A stretch of 64,000 bases of DNA from Candidatus Poribacteria bacterium (lineage in GTDB: Bacteria > Poribacteria > WGA-4E > WGA-3G), in contig CAXXLX010000001.1 of assembly GCA_963665235.2 (NCBI GenBank), positions 2,560,001-2,624,000 of the forward strand, read 5' to 3'. This document shows, one piece after another, positions 9,829-19,758 of this stretch. The position numbers and the translations under genes were made by a program. The number at the start of each line of letters is the position of its first letter. The stretch's first letter is position 1. The notes below the pieces were generated by a model that had not been told where the DNA came from, did not search any database, and saw only the letters and a program-made list of their open reading frames with translations.

Positions 9829-11985
9829 TTACACACCCGGGGTTTCATTTATCGGAGGGTGAGGACAGAGGAACATACCGCTTCCATCTCGGCTTAACAG
9901 TGCTGCGATGTCTTCCGGAACCTTCACACCATGCTTTGCCTCAAAGTCTGCAACGCTTTCGTAGGCGTTATGGAAGGCAGCGACGATGTCAAATCCCATG
10001 TCCTTGGCGGCACTGAGATCCGCTTTGGCTTTCTCCCATTCACTTAGATACAGCCACACCTGGCCCCGATTGACATAGACAGCGGTATACTCGGTTTTCA
10101 AATCAATGGCTTTGGTATAGTCTTGTATAGCCGTGTCTAAATCGTCTTTTTGGTGGTAAGCAAGACCCCGATTGTAATAGGCAGTGGCAAGTTCAGGTTT
10201 CAACTCTATTGCTTTGCTGAAGTCTATTATTGCCGTGTCTAAATCGCCTTTTTGGTGGTAAGCAAGACCCCGATTGTAATAGGCAGCGGTAAAATCGGGG
10301 TTCAAGTCTATTGCAGTGTTATAGTCTTGTGTAGCCGTGTCAAGTTCGCCTTTATCCTTATAAGCATTGCCCCGATTATTATAGGCAACAGGAAAATCGG
10401 GATTCAAGTCTATCGCGTCAGTATAATGCCCAATAGCTTTATCATACCACGCTTGTTTTTCCGCCGGATCCCTCTCCGAACGCCCACGTTCATGGCAGGT
10501 AAGTCCCTTATAAAACTCCGTATAGGCACTCTTGTGGGTTCTGCGGTTTTCAATGAATCCTTGGAGGTCGTTGTAGATGGTTTCGGGTGAGATGTTGTGG
10601 TGCTTTTGGAGATGGTCCAGCATGGCCCTTTTCAAGTCTGCTGGTATATCTACGACAGCGTCTGGCTCAACAACACCGCTGGGAGATTGAACGAAGAGGT
10701 GCTTCTGGACACCAGCACGTTCGATCGTTCTGGGCGGTTTTACGACTTCGTAGGCTTCGGCCTCTTTTTTAAGCAGGATGACCTTCCCGGGCTTGTAGTG
10801 GTTGCCATCGCAGGCGAAAAAGAGGGCGACGAGATAGTCCTCCGTAAAGTCAATAAGGTTTGTCTTTACACCGTGGTGCTGGAGCTCCGTGAGGATTTCA
10901 AGGTCGTCCATTTTATGGGTGGTATATTCTCTCGCTTCTCTCAGAATTTCCTCTTGGACAACCGCTATATCAAAGTTTTCTGCTTCAATATCAGCCTCGT
11001 ATTCTCGGTAAAGATTTGAGGAGACTTTATCATAGGGGGCAGAGCCAGACTCACCGCGGTAGATATAGTCCCCTTCGGCAGATTTTTCCGCTATCTCGGT
11101 GATCTTTTCCAAGACGCGGCTAAGGGGTGTTTCTCCTTTTCCATCTCTCCTCAACAGTGCTGCAATGTCTTCCGGCATCTTCACGCCAAGTTCCGCTTCA
11201 AAGGCTGCAATGCTTTCGTAGGCGTTATGGAAGGCAGCGGCGATGTCAAATCCCATCTTCTTGGAGGTAATTAGATCTGGTTTGGCTTCCTCCCATTCTC
11301 GCAAGCGCAACCACACCAACCCTCGATTGTAATAGGCGGTGGTATATTTAGGGTTCAACTCTATCGCTTTGCTATAGTTTTTGATAGCGATGTCCAAACT
11401 ATCTATTTCGTTGTAAACATTGCCCATATTGTTATAGGCGGTGGCATATTTAGGTTTCAACTCTATCGCTTTGCTATAGTCTTGTACAGCCTTATAAATC
11501 TCGCGTTTCTCCCTATAAACACTGCCTCGATTGAGATAGGCTTCGGCAAGTTCAGGTTTCAAGTCTATCACTTTATTGAAGTCTTGAAGTGCCAAGTCAA
11601 GTTCGCCTTTTTTGCCGTAAGCAATGCCCCGATTGGTATAGGCAGTGGCATAGTCAGGTTTCAAGTCTATCGCTTTATTGAAGTCTTCGATAGCTGCGTT
11701 AACATCGCCTTTTTTGCCGTAAGCAATGCCGCGACTGTTATAGGCTCCATCAAACTCAGGGTTCAAGGCTATGGCTGTATTATAGTCTTCGATAGCCGTG
11801 TCAAACTCACCTTTTGCAGCGTAAGCAGCACCCCGATTGTTATAGACATGGGCAGACTGTGGGGTCAAGTCTATGGCTTTATTGAAGTCTTGAAGTGCCA
11901 AGTCAAGTTCGCCTTTTTTATAGTAATCAATGCCCCGATTGTTATAGGCATCGGCATCCTTAGGGTGGTCAGTTTGTGTATTCAT
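9829..11985 (-). CDS. TPR - FRG domain - TPR protein
   Basis: AYNNRG TPR repeats at both ends; central YIYRGE...LQHHGVKTNLIDFTEDYLVALFFAC FRG motif. Confidence 0.85.
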   Translation of the reverse strand: MNTQTDHPKDADAYNNRGIDYYKKGELDLALQDFNKAIDLTPQSAHVYNNRGAAYAAKGEFDTAIEDYNTAIALNPEFDGAYNSRGIAYGKKGDVNAAIEDFNKAIDLKPDYATAYTNRGIAYGKKGELDLALQDFNKVIDLKPELAEAYLNRGSVYREKREIYKAVQDYSKAIELKPKYATAYNNMGNVYNEIDSLDIAIKNYSKAIELNPKYTTAYYNRGLVWLRLREWEEAKPDLITSKKMGFDIAAAFHNAYESIAAFEAELGVKMPEDIAALLRRDGKGETPLSRVLEKITEIAEKSAEGDYIYRGESGSAPYDKVSSNLYREYEADIEAENFDIAVVQEEILREAREYTTHKMDDLEILTELQHHGVKTNLIDFTEDYLVALFFACDGNHYKPGKVILLKKEAEAYEVVKPPRTIERAGVQKHLFVQSPSGVVEPDAVVDIPADLKRAMLDHLQKHHNISPETIYNDLQGFIENRRTHKSAYTEFYKGLTCHERGRSERDPAEKQAWYDKAIGHYTDAIDLNPDFPVAYNNRGNAYKDKGELDTATQDYNTAIDLNPDFTAAYYNRGLAYHQKGDLDTAIIDFSKAIELKPELATAYYNRGLAYHQKDDLDTAIQDYTKAIDLKTEYTAVYVNRGQVWLYLSEWEKAKADLSAAKDMGFDIVAAFHNAYESVADFEAKHGVKVPEDIAALLSRDGSGMFLCPHPPINETPGV

Positions 11986-12158
11986 GTGTGTTTTTCCTTG
12001 GCAGGTGCAGGGTATTCTATCTGATATTCACCGCTTGTCTTTGAAAATGCTGTTCTCAACACAGTTTCTATTAAAAGGTCTCCCTTACATTCAGAAATAT
12101 GTTAATAGGATAACATACCCGGCTTAATTTGTCAAAACACTCTTTAGCCCCTCATGCC

Positions 12159-12407
12159 TTAGAGTTGTTCTTCGTTGTCGTCACTTTCAAGCTGGATTCG
12201 ATCAAAATCATATTCAATCAGCCTGATAACCCCGGGGTGCCTGTCGTATACGACGCCGATGGATGCAATTGTTTCTCCAGTTCCCGAGGGATGCTCGAAT
12301 TCAAAAATATCGCGGATTTCCCCGGGATTACCATCTACAATGATCCTATCGCCAGCTTTCCAATCTTTTACATGTCGAAACGGAATGTAATTAGTTACAT
12401 CAGCCAT
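12159..12407 (-). CDS. Small hypothetical protein
   Basis: 82 aa, AGGAG RBS, directly downstream of the ncRNA candidate at 12437-12670. Confidence 0.6.
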   Translation of the reverse strand: MADVTNYIPFRHVKDWKAGDRIIVDGNPGEIRDIFEFEHPSGTGETIASIGVVYDRHPGVIRLIEYDFDRIQLESDDNEEQL

Positions 12408-12436
12408 AGTCTAAAATACTCCTTTCTGTTTCTATT

Positions 12437-12670
12437 ACTAAAGTTTGGACAATTTGTCTGAGTTTGCTGAGAGAAACGGAGATGTCCTCATCTATTTACC
12501 GCGTCCGGCCGGCACGTCGTCCCTCTCCTGATTTAACAAATAGTGCTCATGTTTGAAAACATCGCATCAGTCCGAAGTGAAGCACAGTTTGCTACCTCTG
12601 ATGCGCCCGTGTGCTAGGAAACGATTAGAATCTATCAGACATTTTCCAAACTTTCACTTTATCACTTTGA
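12437..12670 (-). ncRNA. Candidate structured ncRNA/leader, family 2 copy 1
   Basis: TTGATA-17-TATAAT promoter (12699-12671), closing stem AAAGTTTGGA/TCCAAACTTT, homologue at 26570-26915. Confidence 0.55.
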
Positions 12671-12732
12671 ATTATACACACAATTGCATCTTTTATCAAA
12701 TTTTTTCTGTTTTTCATCTTCGCTGTATGGGT

Positions 12733-13535
12733 TCATTTGAAAATGAGGTCAGTAGATCGGAATTTGAGTCGATCTTCTGTTTCAATCTCTGTTATAACTT
12801 TCCGCACATCAGTTTGGGATAAAATTTGCAATTCCCAGAGCAGTCGCAAAATATCAACTAATACCATTTTTATTAATTATTCTATCATTACCGGTTGTTA
12901 GAAATCAAACGGAGAACGGAAGACACGAACTGGAAGTTTATGCTACAATAAAGAGCACAAACTGGAAGTTTATGCTACAATAAAGAGCACAAACTGGAAG
13001 TTTATGCTACAATAAAGAGCACAAACTGGAAGTTTATGCTACAATAAAGAGCACAAACTGGAAGTTTATGCTACAATAAAGAGCACAAACTGGAAGTTTA
13101 TGCTACAATAAAGAGCACAAACTGGAAGTTTATGCTACAATAAAGAGACATTTTCAATTAGAAATGGTATAAGTTGATACAATGAATCCTGTTTGTTTGG
13201 CAATGATGCATTACACGTCTATCGTTGCTTGCAAGAGTCGCTGTGAAACGTTTACAGAGTGCCATAGATTCGCGTTCTCCTGCACCGAGCGTTTGCGGTA
13301 AAGAACTCATAAACTCGTGATCCGCGAGCGTTGTATGATATGTGCGGATCTGTCCTTGCGTTTGCAGCGCGATGATGTTATCAGAAAAGTGGAATCCCTT
13401 TGAGACACCGGTTTTGATTTCATTTTCCACAGCAAATGCGATATTAAGCGTCTCCTGGTCAAAAACAGTGAACAGTAACGTCAAACGTTGAATCTTTGCA
13501 AAAATAGATAGGATGTCGGTATCCACGAAAATCAA
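12733..13535 (-). pseudogene. PIN-domain (VapC-like) toxin interrupted by a MITE
   Basis: MIFVDTDIL, LGAGERES, SNDRR; removing 12861-13169 plus one TA restores ...CINLVDILRLLWELQ...LIFK*. Confidence 0.8.
12861..13169. mobile_element. TA-targeting MITE with 7 tandem 32-bp REP-like units
   Basis: TACCATTT termini, TA duplication at 12859-60 and 13170-71; units AACTGGAAGTTTATGCTACAATAAAGAGCACA at 12928-13151. Confidence 0.85.
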
Positions 13536-13861
13536 GATTCCTGCCCTTCTGTTCTACTTTTTGATTCGTGAAGACGCTTGATAGGCTCAATTCTCGCCTT
13601 CACCACTTCCGCCGACTCAACTTCGACGATTTTCCATATACCCCTCGCTGCCAAAGCCTCTTCAAACTCAAAACGGTGAATCCCTGCTAACTCAGCAGCT
13701 CTAGCAAGCGTCACTTCATCCGCTTGATATAGCGAAATCGCAGCATCCAATTGTGATTCCTCTTCAAGGGATTTAAGCAACTGCTCGCGCTCAGCTTTGG
13801 ACAGCTTATGTATGAGTGGTAATAGTTTTTCAAGTGTTATCGGTTCAGAGATTTGAATCAT
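13532..13861 (-). CDS. UPF0175-family putative antitoxin
   Basis: AAISLYQADEVTLARAAELAGIHRFEF; overlaps the PIN gene start (ATGA). Confidence 0.8.
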   Translation of the reverse strand: MIQISEPITLEKLLPLIHKLSKAEREQLLKSLEEESQLDAAISLYQADEVTLARAAELAGIHRFEFEEALAARGIWKIVEVESAEVVKARIEPIKRLHESKSRTEGQES

Positions 13862-13982
13862 GGCAATTTACTCGCTAAGAATTTATCCAAACTCACTTTA
13901 TGAAGTCACGTACCATCAGGTGTTGTCAATAATGCTTAGTGCTAAATTTGCGTAAGTCCTATAGGTATAAGTAGCAGGATTC

Positions 13983-15869
13983 CTACTTGCCCCAGCCGCC
14001 GCCGCCTTGCTGTCTTCTGCGCTGTTGAAGGACAACGCGGTCCCCATCAGCGATGCCGCTTGTGACGATGACGCTCGTCTCGTTTTGCATGCCGGTTTCA
14101 ATAGGTGTTTTTGTGCCTTCACCGCCGGTGTCCATCATCACGAACTTCCCTCTTGACACGTTCACCTTCGCTTGAACGGCATTCGCTTTCTTTTCACCTT
14201 TAACTAAGAGTGAAACGGTGGAATCTCCAGGCATAATGCCGCGCTGGGAACTGTCTAGGTTAATTGTGATGTTGCCGCTTCCGGCACTTTCAACGGTGCC
14301 GTTGAAAATTTTCTCGCTGAGCGTCTGTATGGCAATCGGTTTGCCAACTTTGTAGGGGGAGGTATCGCTTACCTGTACGCTGGCGATGGCGGTGGTTTCC
14401 CGAATAACCGCATCGATAGGTACCAGTAGCACGTTCTTTTCCTCATAAGTGATGATGTCAACGTCAGCACTCATGCCGGGGCGGATTTCAGTAGGTGAAC
14501 CGACAACCTCTATCATTACCTCAAAGGAGATGATGTTGTCTTGCTGTTGTCCGCTCGGTGAAATTTCATAAACCCTACCTTCATATCTTTTCGTTTGGAA
14601 AGCGTCGATTGTGATGACCGCACGTTGTCCAATTTTCAGTCGCTCCATATCCACCTCGTTGATGAAGGTTTTGACGACCATTTTGGAGAGATCGGCGATG
14701 GTCATGATGGGTGGACTTTGTGAGAAGGCGGACCTGCCCGAGGTTACAATTTCCCCCTCTTCTATTGCGAGTTGTGTAACGGTGCCTGCCATAGGGGCTT
14801 TGATAACTGTCCAGGCGAGCCGTTCCTCCTGATTTTTTAGGCTACTTTGTCGCCGGAGTAGGTTCGCATCGGCGCTGACGCGGGATTGCTCTGTCAGCAA
14901 TTTTTCGTTGTCAATTGTCAGTTCAAGTTCCTGCAACTGCGTTTTGACGTTATCCAACCGAATTTGACTCTCCTCCTCCGATTTCTCGCGCATTTTTTTG
15001 AGATTATCACGGTTCAATTGCTGGTATTGCAGCTGTGCCTCTCGTGTTTTGATGGCTGTTTTGCGTGCTTCAATCGTCCGTTCTTGGGAAACAATCGTTT
15101 GCTTCTGCGATTCTACCCGTTTTTTGGCATTTTCATATTGTGAATTAGCCCCTGCGTGCTGCGTTTCTGTGTCCTCTAATGCCTTTTTGGAGACTAACTC
15201 TTTTTCATAAAGGGATTTATTTCGCGCTAACTCTGATTTCGCTGAATCTAAGGAAACCTTTGAGGAGTTGAGGGACGTTTCGTATTCCGCGAGCGTCAAT
15301 TTCGCTTGTTCAAGTGAAATTTTTGCCTGTTCGAGTGCAATTTTATCTTGGTCTAACAGGTTTTTCGTGGCTTGAATATCTGTTTCCGATTGGCTGAGCT
15401 GTGTCAACGTTGTTGCCTGTGCTGTTTCGAGATTCGCTTGTGCGATTTTGACAGAGGCTCTCGCCTGTGTCAGTTGGCTCTCCAACCGCTCTTTTTTGAG
15501 TTGGATGTTTAGTTTTGCCTGCATCAGCTGCGCTTCGGCAGCATTGACATCCGCCTGTGCCTGTTTCTGATCTTCTTGATATAACTCCGGATCGAGTTCC
15601 ACTAACACTTGGTCTTTTTCAACGTAAACGCCATCGTCAACATAGAGGTTAACAACTTCACCTTCAACGTTGGACTTTACCTCGACGTCGATAAGCGGTT
15701 CCAAGTTGCCGGTTGCCCGGATGCTCATTTCAAAATTGCCGCGTTTGACAAGTTCAATTTTGGGGGCGTACGCCGGGTCTGCGTCCCCTTTGGTGCGGTT
15801 AATCAAAAACCACCCCCCGGCACCTAAAATAACTACAATAATAGCGACCGTAATAATTATCTTTTTCAA
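13983..15869 (-). CDS. Efflux periplasmic adaptor (MacA/HlyD-like) with long coiled coil
   Basis: N-terminal TM, VEVKSNVEG, IKAPMAGTV, RPGMSADVDI. Confidence 0.9.
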   Translation of the reverse strand: MKKIIITVAIIVVILGAGGWFLINRTKGDADPAYAPKIELVKRGNFEMSIRATGNLEPLIDVEVKSNVEGEVVNLYVDDGVYVEKDQVLVELDPELYQEDQKQAQADVNAAEAQLMQAKLNIQLKKERLESQLTQARASVKIAQANLETAQATTLTQLSQSETDIQATKNLLDQDKIALEQAKISLEQAKLTLAEYETSLNSSKVSLDSAKSELARNKSLYEKELVSKKALEDTETQHAGANSQYENAKKRVESQKQTIVSQERTIEARKTAIKTREAQLQYQQLNRDNLKKMREKSEEESQIRLDNVKTQLQELELTIDNEKLLTEQSRVSADANLLRRQSSLKNQEERLAWTVIKAPMAGTVTQLAIEEGEIVTSGRSAFSQSPPIMTIADLSKMVVKTFINEVDMERLKIGQRAVITIDAFQTKRYEGRVYEISPSGQQQDNIISFEVMIEVVGSPTEIRPGMSADVDIITYEEKNVLLVPIDAVIRETTAIASVQVSDTSPYKVGKPIAIQTLSEKIFNGTVESAGSGNITINLDSSQRGIMPGDSTVSLLVKGEKKANAVQAKVNVSRGKFVMMDTGGEGTKTPIETGMQNETSVIVTSGIADGDRVVLQQRRRQQGGGGWGK

Positions 15870-15913
15870 ATTTAATTCCTCCTACAAGGTTTTCGGAAAA
15901 TCCGACACATCAG

Positions 15914-17230
15914 CTAATCCGTTCTTAGTGCTTCAACGGGCGTGAGTTTTGCCGCTTTATTTGCTGGATAGAGCCCGAAGAAAATGCCGATGGCTACAGA
16001 CACGAGTAAGGCAATAAACATTGTGCCAAATGAGATGACTGAGGGCCAATTGCTGCCTTCCCAGACAAATTTTGAGATAAGTGCGGCTGTCCCGCGTCCC
16101 ATAAAAATACCTAAAATTGCGCCGAGGATGCCACCAGAGAGTGTTAGCACAGATGCCTCAACTAGAAATTGGGTTAAGATGTCGTGGCGTGTTGCGCCGA
16201 GTGCTTTCCGTAAACCGATTTCGCGAGTCCGGTCGGTTACGGAGACGAGCATGATATTCATCACACCGATGCCAGCCACGAGCAGCGCGATGCCTGCAAT
16301 ACCCCCCATCAAGGCTTTCATCACTAACCCCACCTTTCTTGCTGTTGCCAATTCCTCTGTAGCGGTCCAGTATTGGTATTCTTCTCCGGTGTTGTTGTGT
16401 TGTCTGCCTAATACCTGTTTGGCATCTAGTATTGCGAGCGGAATTGAATCTACGTCTACGGCTTCCACACGAATACGTTCCACGTCTTGTCGTCCTTTAA
16501 AACGTTCTTGGAGTGTCGTAATGGGAATGATGAATCGGTCATCCCAGCCGGTGGTATCCATTGCGTCGCCTTTCTCTTCCATGACTCCGATGACCTTGAG
16601 GCGTACTTCATAGAGTCCGCTTCTGCCGCGCCAGTAAGAGGGTCGAGAGGCTTTAATCTCTTTTCCAACCGGATCTTCGTCGAAGAAAATCTCTTCCATA
16701 ATTTTAGAGCCGATAACTGCGACACTGCTTGAGGAGTCTACCTCATCAACGTTGAAAAACCTACCACGCTGCGGATACCAATTATGGGAGCGGTCGTATC
16801 CTGCGGTTGATGCGACAATCCGGGATTCCTTTGTCCTGCCTTTGTAGCTGACACTCCAGCCGGGCATATCGTCTTCTGCGACAACGTCGACAATCCCGCG
16901 TGCGTTCTTAAGGATTTCATACGCATCGTCGGTTTCCAAATGCTCGGCGCGGTTTCTTCGCCACCGGCCTCTGCTACGCACCGCTTCTCCTGCTGCGCGA
17001 CTCAACGTGCCTGCCTGCTTATCCCACTCATCACGATAGATTTCAATGACCTTCGTGCCGCCTGTCCGTTCAATTTCACGCAGCACCATTGCACTTGACC
17101 CGTCCCCTACGGAGACCATACTCACAACGGAACCGACCCCTACAATAATCCCTAAAATTGTCAGACTTGAACGGAGCGGGTTGCGCAGCAAACTAGAAAC
17201 ACCTAAAATGATACATTCAATCAGATTCAT
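15914..17230 (-). CDS. MacB-like ABC transporter permease
   Basis: RSSLTILGIIVGV, GIGVMNIMLVSVTDRTREIGLRKALGA, GLYPA..A..L.PVEALR. Confidence 0.92.
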   Translation of the reverse strand: MNLIECIILGVSSLLRNPLRSSLTILGIIVGVGSVVSMVSVGDGSSAMVLREIERTGGTKVIEIYRDEWDKQAGTLSRAAGEAVRSRGRWRRNRAEHLETDDAYEILKNARGIVDVVAEDDMPGWSVSYKGRTKESRIVASTAGYDRSHNWYPQRGRFFNVDEVDSSSSVAVIGSKIMEEIFFDEDPVGKEIKASRPSYWRGRSGLYEVRLKVIGVMEEKGDAMDTTGWDDRFIIPITTLQERFKGRQDVERIRVEAVDVDSIPLAILDAKQVLGRQHNNTGEEYQYWTATEELATARKVGLVMKALMGGIAGIALLVAGIGVMNIMLVSVTDRTREIGLRKALGATRHDILTQFLVEASVLTLSGGILGAILGIFMGRGTAALISKFVWEGSNWPSVISFGTMFIALLVSVAIGIFFGLYPANKAAKLTPVEALRTD

Positions 17231-17241
17231 TTAAATTTCTC

Positions 17242-18543
17242 CTAATCGGTGCGGAGTGCCTCAATCGGGGAAAGTGTAGAGGCTTTTATCGCAGGATACA
17301 AGCCAAACGATATACCGATTGCCGCGGAAAACGATACCGAAATCAATACCCACCGCATTGAGATAACCGCGGGCCACATGGGAACAATCTTGACAATTTT
17401 AACAGCGAGTAGTGCCATGCCTTCCCCAGCAAGCATGCCTAAACCGACCCCGATTGCACCACCTATACTACACATGACAATCGCCTCTATTAAAAACTGG
17501 ACAAGGATATCCAACCGTTTGGCACCGAGGGCTTTCCGTAGACCAATCTCACGGGTGCGCTCCGTGACAGCGACCAGCATCATGTTCATGATACCGATGC
17601 CGCCGACAAGTAGCGAAAATCCGGCGATGCTGCCTAGGGCAATCTTTATCACCTTCCCGATTTTGTCCAGCTGTGCCATGCCTTCACGCATATCGCGAAG
17701 ACTGAAGAAGTCGTCCTGATTCTTATGCCGTGCCCTAAGCACTGCCTTCACCTCTTCAATTGCATTCGGAATATCTTCGACAGTGTTGGCGTGGACAGAA
17801 AGCATCACAATCCGATCATTCCCGGTGAAACGTTCCTGTGTCGTTGTGAGCGGAATGAATACCATGTCGTCGAGGTTCCAGCCGAAACGGAGGCTGCGTC
17901 CCCGCGGCATCATCGTTCCGATGACGGTGAAACGTTCTGTTGTACGGGTCCGGTCTCTTCGTCCCCATCGGTCATATCGGTTGCCACCTCTGCCAATTTT
18001 TATCTCTTTCCCGACAGGTGACGCTGTGCCGAATAGTGCGGTGGCAACCTCTGTTCCCAAGACGCAGACCTTCGCTCGGTCCTCCATGTCCTCATCGGAA
18101 ATGAAACGTCCTTGCTGAATTCCCCAATCCATTGCTTCTGAAAATGAGGCGTTTACACCGTTATACCCGCTACGCGTTTCCCTGCCATCCGCTGCTTGAA
18201 TGTGAACCCCGCGCCACTCAGGAATGCGCGGTACAACCACTTTGACTGATGGACATTCTGCTTCAATCGCTAGAACATCTTCATATTCAAAGTACTCGTT
18301 GCTACGGTTCGGCATCCACCTGCTTCCTACACGCTTATAACTGCTGCGATACATCGTGAACTGATTGACACCGCCCAATTTCTGAGCATCTTGCAACACA
18401 ATGACCTTAGCACCATCACCGATAGCTATCATTGCCAGCACCGAGGCGACCCCGATGATTATGCCAAGCATCGTCAATAGCGAACGCAACTTGTTGCTGC
18501 GAATTGCAGAAATCCCAACGGATAACCCTTCAAGTAGACGCAT
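17242..18543 (-). CDS. MacB-like ABC transporter permease
   Basis: Same MacB/FtsX motifs. Confidence 0.92.
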   Translation of the reverse strand: MRLLEGLSVGISAIRSNKLRSLLTMLGIIIGVASVLAMIAIGDGAKVIVLQDAQKLGGVNQFTMYRSSYKRVGSRWMPNRSNEYFEYEDVLAIEAECPSVKVVVPRIPEWRGVHIQAADGRETRSGYNGVNASFSEAMDWGIQQGRFISDEDMEDRAKVCVLGTEVATALFGTASPVGKEIKIGRGGNRYDRWGRRDRTRTTERFTVIGTMMPRGRSLRFGWNLDDMVFIPLTTTQERFTGNDRIVMLSVHANTVEDIPNAIEEVKAVLRARHKNQDDFFSLRDMREGMAQLDKIGKVIKIALGSIAGFSLLVGGIGIMNMMLVAVTERTREIGLRKALGAKRLDILVQFLIEAIVMCSIGGAIGVGLGMLAGEGMALLAVKIVKIVPMWPAVISMRWVLISVSFSAAIGISFGLYPAIKASTLSPIEALRTD

Positions 18544-18805
18544 CTCTCTTCCTCACAAATTTTTCAAAGATAAACTTATTTAAGGTTAGACAGCAGTAAG
18601 GCAAATAAAGTTCGCTTAACTAACGCAATTGTTTTGCCTGTTTTGACGTAAGTCGACGCTATCGGTTTATTATTTTTTTTCGCGCCAGGTTAATGTATAG
18701 ACGTGAAATTTGTTTGACAAACTTAACTAGAATTTGTTATCATAAGTAAGCAGTTTTGAGAATTATTGAAGGATTAGAGAGCAGATTTAGTCATGGAAAC
18801 TTGTT

Positions 18806-19546
18806 ATGGCAACCTTATCCTCAAAAATAGAGTGGACCGAATCCACGTGGAACCCGGTACGAGGCTGCACCCGTGTATCAGAGGGTTGCAGATTTTGTTA
18901 CGCCGAACGAATTGCTGCGAGGTTTTCTGGTAAAGGCATGGCTTACGAAGGATTGGCGGAAAACACGAAAGCCGGGCCCCGATGGACACAGGAAGTTCGC
19001 ACGGTCCCCGCGCTACTTGAGGCCCCATTAAAATGGAAAACCCCCCGCCGAATTTTCGTTAACTCCATGAGCGATCTGTTTCACGAGAAAATTGAAGTAG
19101 ACTATATTCAAAAGGTCTTTTCCGTGATGGAAGCGGCGGATTGGCATCAATTCCAAGTCTTGACGAAGCGGGCAGAGCGATTGGAGAAACTCAGTCCACA
19201 GTTGCCGTGGCCTCCAAACGTCTGGATGGGAGTCAGCGTTGAAGATAGTCGCGTGGTGCATCGGATTGACGCACTCTGTCGGACAGGCGCGCGTATTAAA
19301 TTTCTCTCACTTGAACCGCTTATCGGCCCGCTCCCAGATTTGGTGTTGACAGGTATAGATTGGGTGATTGTAGGAGGCGAGTCCGGTCCTGGGGCGCGCG
19401 CAATGAAAAAGGAGTGGGTTATTGATATCCGCGACCAATGCGCGACAGAAAAAGTTCCGTTTTTCTTTAAGCAGTGGGGCGGCAGATTCAAATCGAAAAC
19501 CGGAAGACTGTTGGATGGCAAACTTTACAATGAAATGCCCGATTAA
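18806..19546 (+). CDS. DUF5131 / phage Gp37-Gp68 family protein
   Basis: IEWTESTWNPVRGCTRVSEGCRFCYAE, FVNSMSDLFH, WVIVGGESG, FFFKQWGG. Confidence 0.9.
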   Translation: MATLSSKIEWTESTWNPVRGCTRVSEGCRFCYAERIAARFSGKGMAYEGLAENTKAGPRWTQEVRTVPALLEAPLKWKTPRRIFVNSMSDLFHEKIEVDYIQKVFSVMEAADWHQFQVLTKRAERLEKLSPQLPWPPNVWMGVSVEDSRVVHRIDALCRTGARIKFLSLEPLIGPLPDLVLTGIDWVIVGGESGPGARAMKKEWVIDIRDQCATEKVPFFFKQWGGRFKSKTGRLLDGKLYNEMPD

Positions 19547-19602
19547 AGTTTTTGCCGCATTTTCCATCAACATCCCATAAAATGCAAAGGGCAATGACGA
19601 TT

Positions 19603-19738
19603 ATGTATAGAAATTATACATGTTCAGGCGGATATGTATAAAAAATCGCAAAAACTATACATATCGAGCAGGATATGTATAAAAACTATACATATTAGCC
19701 GCGATATGTATAAAAAACCGCAAAAATTATACATATAC
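19603..19738. promoter_or_regulatory. Array of alternating ATGTATA/TATACAT inverted half-sites upstream of the Fic gene
   Basis: Four pairs visible directly; regulatory role inferred. Confidence 0.5.
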
Positions 19739-19758
19739 AATTATTAGGACAGTGAAAC

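Noticed and set aside
12928-13151. Possible CRISPR array (32-bp repeats)
   Set aside because: Units are head-to-tail with no spacers, lie inside a MITE, and no cas genes are present
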